Source: an archaeon (GTDB lineage Archaea; Methanobacteriota_B; Thermococci; Methanofastidiosales; NM3). Taken from it: a stretch of 15,653 bases of DNA. Below, one piece after another: positions 1-6,705 of the stretch (the stretch's first letter is position 1; each line of letters starts with the position of its first letter). The translations under genes were made by a program, and so were the position numbers. The stretch covers positions 1 through 15,653 of the forward strand of contig RXIG01000023.1 in NCBI GenBank assembly GCA_004212155.1. Reading direction: 5' to 3'. The notes below the pieces were generated by a model. The model was not told the DNA's origin and did no database searches. It saw only the letters and a program-made list of their open reading frames with translations.

Positions 1-79
1 CGGAGCCGTGGTCGGCGCTGCGGTGGTGGTCGGCGGAGCCGTGGTCGGCGCTGCGGTGGTGGTCGGCGGAGCCGTGGTC
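1..79. repeat. 33-bp perfect tandem repeat (at least 2.4 copies) encoding TTAPPTTTAAP
   Basis: cggagccgtggtcggcgctgcggtggtggtcgg at 1-33 and 34-66, partial copy at 67-79. Confidence 0.95.
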
Positions 80-165
80 TCCGTGTCGTCGCCGCCAATG
101 CACCCTGCCGCGAAAAGAGATATAAATATCATCAATGACAGTGTAACAACAGTGTGCTTTTTCAT
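1..165 (-). CDS. Lipoprotein N-terminus, partial (runs off the window). Probably a solute-binding or surface lipoprotein with a Pro/Thr linker
   Basis: Manual translation from ATG at 165 (alternative ATG at 171): MKKHTVVTLSLMIFISLFAAGCIGGDDTETTAPPTTTAAPTTAPPTTTAAPTTAP. Basic N-region, hydrophobic core, lipobox AAG-C followed by IGG, then a P/T-rich linker. Absent from the ORF track because it is truncated. Confidence 0.9.
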   Translation of the reverse strand, partial: MKKHTVVTLSLMIFISLFAAGCIGGDDTETTAPPTTTAAPTTAPPTTTAAPTTAP

Positions 166-194
166 GCACATCACAGTGCCCCATGGCGATATGG

Positions 195-210
195 ATATAA
201 AGAACTTTTG
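195..210 (-). promoter_or_regulatory. Putative BRE/TATA promoter of the lipoprotein gene
   Basis: Minus strand CAAAAGTTCTTTATAT, about 25-30 nt upstream of ATG 171/165. Confidence 0.55.
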
Positions 211-232
211 TCACGTAGGGAGGTATTGACTC

Positions 233-916
233 ATGGAAGCCATCTTGTTCGATGTCGGCGGCACGATCCTCGAGCTCTCGCCATCGCCGTTTGAGATCTA
301 TCGTTCCATCTTCGCAGAGCTTGGCATCGACACGGGCGGCAGCGATCTGGAAACGATCCTTGCAATGACAAGGCGGGAGATCGAAAGCACCTTGTGCGAG
401 GGAGACGCACCTTCTTCCATCCCACTGTTTTTCAACGAAAGGCTCTTGGAGACACTTGGGCTTTCCGAAGACGGCGGCACGGCGCGGGCAGTAACGCGTC
501 GATTCTCCGAGAGGATGGGCTTCGAACCGTATCCTGAGGCTCGCGCTGTGCTCGGCCGCCTCGCAGAGCGGCATCGTCTCGGCGCCATATCGAACTGGAA
601 TCTCTCGGAGCCGCTCGAGTCGGTGCTTGACGAACATGGCATGCTCGAATACTTCGAATACACACTTGCATCCAACGAGATCGGTATCGAGAAACCTGAC
701 CCCCACATCTTTTACCATGCGCTCAAGCGGATGGGGGTGCGCCCAGAACGCACCTGCTATGTAGGCGATGCGTACATCGAGGACGTCATCGGCGCTCGCC
801 GCGCCGGAATGCTCCCGATCCACCTGCTCAGGGGCGGCGGCACGTCGGAGGCGCAGATAATCATCGCCGACCTCCGCGAGCTCGAGGACGTCGTGGAAGG
901 GGGCATGGGGCCGTGA
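233..916 (+). CDS. HAD-superfamily hydrolase, subfamily IA
   Basis: Motif I FDVGGT, motif II ISN, motif III EKPDPHIF, motif IV VGDAYIEDVIGA. SD GGAGGT at 219-224. Confidence 0.9.
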   Translation: MEAILFDVGGTILELSPSPFEIYRSIFAELGIDTGGSDLETILAMTRREIESTLCEGDAPSSIPLFFNERLLETLGLSEDGGTARAVTRRFSERMGFEPYPEARAVLGRLAERHRLGAISNWNLSEPLESVLDEHGMLEYFEYTLASNEIGIEKPDPHIFYHALKRMGVRPERTCYVGDAYIEDVIGARRAGMLPIHLLRGGGTSEAQIIIADLRELEDVVEGGMGP

Positions 917-1311
917 AGTCCACCCTGCCCTCGCGGCACAACATCATGGCGCGATTCGTCGTGACGTATGGCCTCTATATCGCGGTGTTGCTTGCGCTGT
1001 GGGCATACGTCCAGATCGAGTTTGTCTACATCGTGCCCGTCATCGCGGTGTTGTGTGCGGTCGGCTACTACAGCTACCGGACCAACGTCTCGATCCTTGC
1101 GCGCGCGCCAAAAATGTCAAGCGACGACTTCGCACCCTACATCGGCATCGCCCGTACGGACATCGAGGATACGGGCACGGTACGGATCAGGGGAGAGCTG
1201 TGGAACGCACGGAGCGAGACGCGCATCCCCAATGGGAGCGAGGTCGTCGTCGAGGACGTTGAGGGACTCACGCTTCTCGTCAGAGAGAAAGCGCCGACCG
1301 AAGGCGCCTGA
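913..1311 (+). CDS. NfeD-like membrane protein (short type, C-terminal OB fold)
   Basis: Two N-terminal hydrophobic segments and the C-terminal GTVRIRGELWNARS...IPNGSEVVVEDVEGLTLLV pattern. GTGA overlap with the HAD stop suggests translational coupling. Confidence 0.85.
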   Translation: MKSTLPSRHNIMARFVVTYGLYIAVLLALWAYVQIEFVYIVPVIAVLCAVGYYSYRTNVSILARAPKMSSDDFAPYIGIARTDIEDTGTVRIRGELWNARSETRIPNGSEVVVEDVEGLTLLVREKAPTEGA

Positions 1312-2215
1312 TGGCCTCCTCGAGCTGTGCGGGATCAAAGGGCCTGTTGCGCTCCATGACAAACACCGTATTATCGGGATCGACATTGCTCAGGACCTCG
1401 TCGACGTAGATGCGCTCCTCCGCTTCGAGCTTCGTCCTGGAAAAGCCATCGGGCCGCTCGCCAAGGAAAAGGTGCGCATCGGAGCGCCGGTCGTTGATAT
1501 GGACATGGTGCACCGCCGCGGTCCGGGCGGCCAGACGAAGCGCCTTGTTGTCGATCGAGCCACGCTCGACGATGTAGTGTCCAAAGTCAAAACAGAATCC
1601 ATAACGGTCGCCAAGGCATGAGAGCAGCCATTGTATGGGTTCTATGTCCCCGAAGTATGGGTTGCCCTTGTTGTTGCAGTTCTCGATGGAGAGCAGCTGT
1701 CCATTGTCTTGGAGCCTGAGCGCGTTGCGGGGGGTGAAGTAGGTAAGAACGGTCTCAGCATCGCGCTCGCGCATTGCGGGCAAGTGCATCACAAGCGTTT
1801 CAGACCCTATCGCATGCGCCGCATCGAGCCGCTCGAGCACGGCATCGGAGAACATGCGCGGCGTGAAGAGGTGCGCGGGAAGAAAAGAGAGCGCATGTCC
1901 GAGCATGGACGTATGACCTGACGGGCCCGGAACGAGGTAGTCGGGGAAGTGGACGATATATGACACGTCGTACTCCTCACGGATCGAGGAGAGGGCGCGC
2001 TGCCCCGATGCAGAGCGAAGGGCGCGGTCGGACTCGACGCCGAGCTGGATGCCGGGGAGAAACGCGCCGTCGTTTGCGTCCGCGAGCGAACGCATGAGGA
2101 TTGCAAGCTTTCGCACCAATCGCGCAGTGGTAGGCACAGTAAGGCCTATGCTGCCTAGCATGAGTGGATTGACGTAATAGTACGGACTGTTGTTAAGTGC
2201 GAAGACAGTACTCAT
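1280..2215 (-). CDS. Xylose isomerase-like / AP endonuclease family 2 TIM-barrel protein
   Basis: Metal-ligand motifs VMHLP, SIENC, CFDFGH, HVHIND, DAHL, VME. Confidence 0.75.
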   Translation of the reverse strand: MSTVFALNNSPYYYVNPLMLGSIGLTVPTTARLVRKLAILMRSLADANDGAFLPGIQLGVESDRALRSASGQRALSSIREEYDVSYIVHFPDYLVPGPSGHTSMLGHALSFLPAHLFTPRMFSDAVLERLDAAHAIGSETLVMHLPAMRERDAETVLTYFTPRNALRLQDNGQLLSIENCNNKGNPYFGDIEPIQWLLSCLGDRYGFCFDFGHYIVERGSIDNKALRLAARTAAVHHVHINDRRSDAHLFLGERPDGFSRTKLEAEERIYVDEVLSNVDPDNTVFVMERNRPFDPAQLEEAIRRLRSALSL

Positions 2216-2244
2216 CGCCTAATAATGGGCAACGAGACATATAA

Positions 2245-3291
2245 TCATTGCCGTGGAAGGGCGACCGCTTCGAGCTCTTCGACGATCACGTCGATCGGAT
2301 TTTCCATTGCGCGAAGCACCCGGCGCAGCCTGTTTAAGTAACCTGCGTTGTTGACGAGGTCGTCGACGTGCGACTTGATCTCAGCGGGGTCGCACGAATG
2401 GGATTTGATGCCGTTTTCCACCATGTAGGATGTGATCGACAGCAGCTTCTCGGGATATGTCGATATCGCCGGCTTGAGAAGTGCGACAGCCTCCCTGTTC
2501 ATCGAGCCGCCCGCGCTGATGACGAGGTCGGAGAAGTTGATGAGCGAGAGGGCGTCGATGCATCGGGAGGGCACGATGGCGCCGAGCTTTGAAAACATCT
2601 CCGCCTGCTGGGGCGTGCGGGGGAAGACGATGCAGTTGAAGCCATCCAGGACCGGTAGTAGCGATGAGACGATCGACTGCGACGGGTCGCCATGGTAGTA
2701 GTTGGCCATCACCGGCTCCGGGCGCAGCACGGCTATCGGGTCGTCCTCCGAGAGCTCGAACTCGTTGAGCACATCGACGGACGGCAGGAAGTCATGGATG
2801 TGTGCAAGCTCGCAAAAACCTTTGAAGTGGCGTATCTGGTCCTCCTCTACGCCAAAAGACATGATATCCTCGATCGATATCGCCTCGGGGGCGATGACGC
2901 GCTGGGATATGGGAAGCATGAGCTTGTTCTGCGCGATCGCATGCTCGTTGTCAAGCACGCACAGTGAAGGCATGTCGAGTCCGTAGGCGACGCGCGGCGC
3001 TTCGACCGAATGCTTGAAAAGCGCGATGTCGGGGTCGTTTTTAGAGACGAACCTTGTGAGTTCGGACACGCGCTCGGAATACGCCATGAGCTTCCCCTCG
3101 CGCTCCGCGCCGCCATGCTGGCCCACGAGCGTGTAGGGTATTCCAGCGTTCGAGAGCAGCGGTTCGATGGCTCCGAAGCTTCTGGCGCTCACGACGACCT
3201 CGTGGCCCTCGCGTTCGAGACGCCTGATCACGTTCTTGAAGAAGTGTACCTGCGGTGCGTTTGATATGTCGATCCATACCTTCATTGGCAT
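2245..3291 (-). CDS. DUF354 family protein (GT-B glycosyltransferase-like)
   Basis: Family-typical MKVWIDISNAPQVHFFK N-terminus, VGQHGG, DNEHA, LRPEP, GGSMNREA. Start at 3291 or 3285. Confidence 0.85.
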   Translation of the reverse strand: MPMKVWIDISNAPQVHFFKNVIRRLEREGHEVVVSARSFGAIEPLLSNAGIPYTLVGQHGGAEREGKLMAYSERVSELTRFVSKNDPDIALFKHSVEAPRVAYGLDMPSLCVLDNEHAIAQNKLMLPISQRVIAPEAISIEDIMSFGVEEDQIRHFKGFCELAHIHDFLPSVDVLNEFELSEDDPIAVLRPEPVMANYYHGDPSQSIVSSLLPVLDGFNCIVFPRTPQQAEMFSKLGAIVPSRCIDALSLINFSDLVISAGGSMNREAVALLKPAISTYPEKLLSITSYMVENGIKSHSCDPAEIKSHVDDLVNNAGYLNRLRRVLRAMENPIDVIVEELEAVALPRQ

Positions 3292-3332
3292 GCCCCATTG
3301 ATTAGCAATACTGTCTAATTCGTATCACTAGA

Positions 3333-3350
3333 ATGTTGTACGTACGACAT
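3333..3350. promoter_or_regulatory. Imperfect 18-bp palindrome, possible operator upstream of the DUF354 gene
   Basis: atgttgtacgtacgacat, 16/18 self-complementary, next to a minus-strand TATA-like TTAATATA (3357-3350). Confidence 0.35.
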
Positions 3351-3470
3351 ATATTAACTTAACGGGGTTAATCGTTTATCACCATAATAACTTCCCCTAT
3401 CAAGGGGGCTTTAATAGAGTTTATTAAAAATATAACGCGTCAGAACGATTTCTAAGAATATAATATTGGA

Positions 3471-3512
3471 ATAAATAGGAAAAAAATAAAAAAAATATTA
3501 TTAAATAAAAAA
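3471..3512 (-). terminator. Oligo-T tracts, archaeal intrinsic terminator of the metallophosphoesterase gene
   Basis: Several T5-T8 runs on the minus strand immediately after the stop at 3513. Confidence 0.6.
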
Positions 3513-5945
3513 TCAATCTTTTTTCTTTGCTCTAAGGGCTATGATGGCGGCGACGATTACGACGATTGCCAAACCAACGTAGGCGATTGCGGGGCCCGAG
3601 CCGCTTGACACGTCGACCATGGTGTATGTTCCCTCGTATCCATCGCCGTATGCAGAGAGTTTGAACGTGCTGCCCGGATGGGCGGGAAGCGTTGCCGTCC
3701 CTGATGCATCGGTGACCGCCGTCACATCGTGGGCCTGGACGGTGATTTCGCCTGCAGGCTCTCCCTGAGAGGTCAGGACGACCTGAAGCGGTTCACCATC
3801 TCTCGCCTCGCCTTCGAGTGCAATCTCGAGAGGATGGAGGCGCACGACGGTGCGGGACACCTCATGAAGGGCGCCGTCAGGGAGCCCAGACGTCGACACC
3901 GTTATTGTGTTTTCACCATGGTCGAGGGGCACGGTCGCCTCGTATGCACCGCGCGCGTTGCTCTCGGCCTCGACGCCGCTGACGTCCACGCGGGTATATG
4001 GTTGCGTCGTGCCGGTGACGGTGACCTCTGACCCGGTGGTCTCCATGCCGTCATCAGGCGATTCGAAGAAGAGGTGCGATGTCGGCCGAACCTCCCACGT
4101 GAACTCGTCTCCGTTGACGTGCATCACGAAGTAATGGTTGAAGGTGGCTTCTTTTTCATACTGGCTGTCAAGCCATGTCGCGCCGCCCGTGACGAAGATG
4201 TCCATGCCATTGACGACGCTGTGGTCATAGGTGTGCTCATGGCCCTGGAAGATGGCGCTCACGTTGTCGAAGCGCTCGATGACCTCCTGCACCTCCCCGG
4301 TATTGTCGAGTCCGTGGAAGACGGGGTAGATAGGTTGGTGCACGGTGATGAAGACATGATCCTTGTCTGCGTTTGACCGCAGCTCTTCTTCGAGCCATGC
4401 GAGCTGGTCGCCCGTTATCCTGCCCTGTTGGCCGGAAAGTTCCGAACAGAGGAAGATGAATCTGCTGTTGCCGTAGTCGAACGCATAGGTAAGATGGCCA
4501 AAGTAATGCTCGAACAGTTCCAGGCCCTCTGCGTCGACGGCATCATGATTGCCCAACGCGGGATAGAAGGGTATCTTCGCATACGTGGTGATCTGTTCGC
4601 GCACATGTTCGTACTCCAGGGGATTGCCCGCGTAGGTGAGGTCGCCCACCTGCACGATGAAGTCGAGACCCTCCTCATGCGCCACGCGCTCCATGATATA
4701 GGTGGCGACGAGCGGATTTGGCTCGTTGCCGGAAAGCGGCTGTGTGTCACCGATCACGGCAAAGGAAAACGACGTGGCGCCTGGTGCCAGGTCGACGTCA
4801 CCGGCAATGTTTTCCACGACCACCTCCGTCGTCTGGTAGACGGTGTTGCCCTCGCTGTCGCACGCCATCACGGAAAGCAAGTGATGTCCGTCGCAGACGG
4901 TGTGGGACGTGTCCCACGATGCGCTCCATACGGTGCCGTCTCGGGACATCTCCCCCCATACGCCGTACGTTTCATCGGAGAACGACACCCACGACGGCCA
5001 GTCGATGCGGTAGCGCACCCACTCGATGTCGTTTCGCGCATCCTCCACGCTCACGACGATCTCCACGGTGTCGCCGATGGTGTCGGCATATTGTTGTTCG
5101 AACACGACCCTGAATCCCTCGACCTCGCCCACGGTGGCGGAGACAGGTTCGTCGACAACTTCATAGGTGCCGCCCGGTGCAACGCCGCGGCCCGTAACAT
5201 ACGTGTTGAAGTAGACGTAGAGGTCGGAGTCCGCCGGTCCGCACGTCACGGTGACCTCATCTCCAAAGAGCGTGATGTCGTCGACCCAGTTCATCGTATA
5301 CGTGTCAAGAGGGTAGATCTCGATGTAGAACGTCGCTCCCTCGCGGTATGCCCCTCCCGAGAGGGGGAATACGGTCCGTTCGAACGTATCGGAGTTCACC
5401 GCATCATCCAGCATATACGTGCCCTTGGCAGGGTCTCGCACCGTGATGCGAAACGCGCCACGCCCGCTGAGCATGAGATACTCCATTTCCTCGAGCTCTT
5501 CGGCATCGAGTGTCGTGTAGAGCTTCACGCCGGCATCGGTCGACTTCGTGAATCGAAGGCTTGAAGAAGGTCCAACGTCGGTCGTCAAGGCGGCATCGAT
5601 GTCGTCGCTCACGTTCCAGCCGTCAAGCGACGACTCGAAGCCATCGACGACATTGGCGTTTGCCGGGTCCCACGAGAAGCTGACCGGGGAACCGTCGGCG
5701 ACCGCATGTATCGAAGACGGGTCGGCCATCCAACGCGTCTCTTTCCCGTCCGGGCCGACCCCGAGCTCAAAGAGCATTGCCCCGAAGTCGAGTGTTGCCC
5801 TGCTAGGGGACGCGTTGTCCGCGGGGACGATGCGGACGCGGTAGTTGTAATCATCATCCCACCAATCCGTACCGGCAGCAGAAGCGACCGACACGGTGGA
5901 AGCGAGAAGTGACAAGAACAAAAATAATACCAGTAATCGCCTCAT
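3513..5945 (-). CDS. Secreted, C-terminally anchored calcineurin-like metallophosphoesterase with Ig-like domains
   Basis: Signal peptide MRRLLVLFLFLSLLASTVSVASA (ATG 5945, SD GGTGAGG). Phosphoesterase motifs GDTQ, GDL, GNHD, VHQP, GHEH. Ig-like segments. C-terminal TM helix followed by RAKKKD. Confidence 0.85.
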   Translation of the reverse strand: MRRLLVLFLFLSLLASTVSVASAAGTDWWDDDYNYRVRIVPADNASPSRATLDFGAMLFELGVGPDGKETRWMADPSSIHAVADGSPVSFSWDPANANVVDGFESSLDGWNVSDDIDAALTTDVGPSSSLRFTKSTDAGVKLYTTLDAEELEEMEYLMLSGRGAFRITVRDPAKGTYMLDDAVNSDTFERTVFPLSGGAYREGATFYIEIYPLDTYTMNWVDDITLFGDEVTVTCGPADSDLYVYFNTYVTGRGVAPGGTYEVVDEPVSATVGEVEGFRVVFEQQYADTIGDTVEIVVSVEDARNDIEWVRYRIDWPSWVSFSDETYGVWGEMSRDGTVWSASWDTSHTVCDGHHLLSVMACDSEGNTVYQTTEVVVENIAGDVDLAPGATSFSFAVIGDTQPLSGNEPNPLVATYIMERVAHEEGLDFIVQVGDLTYAGNPLEYEHVREQITTYAKIPFYPALGNHDAVDAEGLELFEHYFGHLTYAFDYGNSRFIFLCSELSGQQGRITGDQLAWLEEELRSNADKDHVFITVHQPIYPVFHGLDNTGEVQEVIERFDNVSAIFQGHEHTYDHSVVNGMDIFVTGGATWLDSQYEKEATFNHYFVMHVNGDEFTWEVRPTSHLFFESPDDGMETTGSEVTVTGTTQPYTRVDVSGVEAESNARGAYEATVPLDHGENTITVSTSGLPDGALHEVSRTVVRLHPLEIALEGEARDGEPLQVVLTSQGEPAGEITVQAHDVTAVTDASGTATLPAHPGSTFKLSAYGDGYEGTYTMVDVSSGSGPAIAYVGLAIVVIVAAIIALRAKKKD

Positions 5946-5999
5946 TGCCTCACCAATACGTATCTTTATTGAAATCATTTATAACACTTTGTGATAGGG

Positions 6000-6014
6000 G
6001 AAAAGGATTAAATA
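6000..6014 (+). promoter_or_regulatory. Putative BRE/TATA promoter of albA
   Basis: GAAAAGGATTAAATA about 75 nt upstream of ATG 6090, implying a leader of about 50 nt. SD GGAGG at 6079-6083. Confidence 0.5.
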
Positions 6015-6089
6015 GGAATATTGCAATGAGATAATGGGTCTTTGAATCACCGCTGAAGGAGAATATGGCAAAGACATCGGAGGGATACC

Positions 6090-6374
6090 ATGGCTGAATC
6101 CATTGAAAAGGACATCGTATATATCGGTAACAAACCGCAAATGAGCTACGTTCTGGCCGTCATAACACAATTCAACGAGGGAAAGGCAAGCGAGGTCGTG
6201 CTCAAGGCCCGCGGACGAGCGATATCTCGCACCGTCGACGTGGCAGAGATCGTGAAGAACAAGTTCATGCCCAACGTCAAGATAGACGACATACGTACCT
6301 CGACAGAGGCCATCACGAGAGAGGATGGCACAGCATCGAACGTGTCTGCGATCGAGATTACGCTTCGCAAGTAG
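6090..6374 (+). CDS. albA: DNA/RNA-binding protein Alba
   Basis: [47 protein letters not shown]: classic Alba (Sso10b) sequence. Confidence 0.97.
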   Translation: MAESIEKDIVYIGNKPQMSYVLAVITQFNEGKASEVVLKARGRAISRTVDVAEIVKNKFMPNVKIDDIRTSTEAITREDGTASNVSAIEITLRK

Positions 6375-6408
6375 GGTCAGTGCCTCATCGAAGATGGCGT
6401 TCCCATAC

Positions 6409-6705
6409 TCCCTTAACAAGGGGGCTCCGCATTCTGTGATGCGGAGGGGAATTGTTTTCATTTCTTTTCCTGTTCATCAATTTATATACTCCCGCACTGT
6501 TTTTTTTCTGTAACTGATCCCGCAGTCCCTACATAATAGCTGGGGGCTCCAGAATCTCTTTGCAAATCTATGCTCTTTCACCACCTGCTTTGCAAAGTAT
6601 CCCTTCATCGCCTTCACGATGAACGTGGGGGCAAAGATGGGACGAGCCGAAATGAAAGGATGAATATGGTCGGGCTGTATCGAGAGATTAAGAATCTCCC
6701 ACCTT
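6409..6705 (-). mobile_element. Truncated IS200/IS605-family insertion sequence remnant (3' part of tnpA plus end hairpin)
   Basis: Decayed TnpA homology at 6701-6458, followed on the minus strand by aattcccCTCCGCATcacagaATGCGGAGcccccttg (8-bp stem, 6425-6446). Boundaries are approximate. Confidence 0.85.
6458..6701 (-). pseudogene. tnpA: IS200/IS605 TnpA (Y1 HUH transposase) pseudogene, 5'-truncated, three frameshifts
   Basis: Reconstructed WEILNLSIQPDHIHPFISARPIFAPTFIVKAMKGYFAKQVVKEHRFAKRFWSP/SYYVGTAGSVTEK/TVREYI/DEQEKK*. HUH motif HIH at 6668-6660, KG, WSPSYY-G motif, catalytic Tyr codon at 6488-6486. No start codon: in-frame stop at 6722-6720 upstream. Confidence 0.9.

Noticed and set aside
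1-79. 33-bp repeat as a CRISPR array
   Set aside because: Copies are contiguous with no spacers, are in-frame coding, and no cas genes are present
8-229. 73-aa plus-strand ORF with VVGGAVV repeats
   Set aside because: Antisense reading of the lipoprotein Pro/Thr repeat. The minus frame has a clear signal peptide and lipobox.
3292-3512. AT-rich region as a replication origin (DUE)
   Set aside because: No recognisable ORB repeats (TTCCAGTGGAAA-type) and no cdc6/orc1 in the window. Terminator plus promoter explains the composition.
4428-5564. 378-aa plus-strand ORF, plus many other overlapping ORFs in the track
   Set aside because: Antisense or alternative-frame shadows of well-supported genes in GC-rich DNA, with no recognisable motifs
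6390-6420. GATGGCGTTC resembling the 5' part of a fluoride riboswitch
   Set aside because: No downstream GCTGATGAC-type element and no suitable downstream gene
5979-6461. 160-aa minus-strand ORF (MKTIPLRI...) whose ATG overlaps the tnpA stop, as a possible tnpB
   Set aside because: It runs through the IS hairpin and antisense across all of albA, with no HTH, RuvC or zinc-finger motifs. Most likely a shadow ORF.
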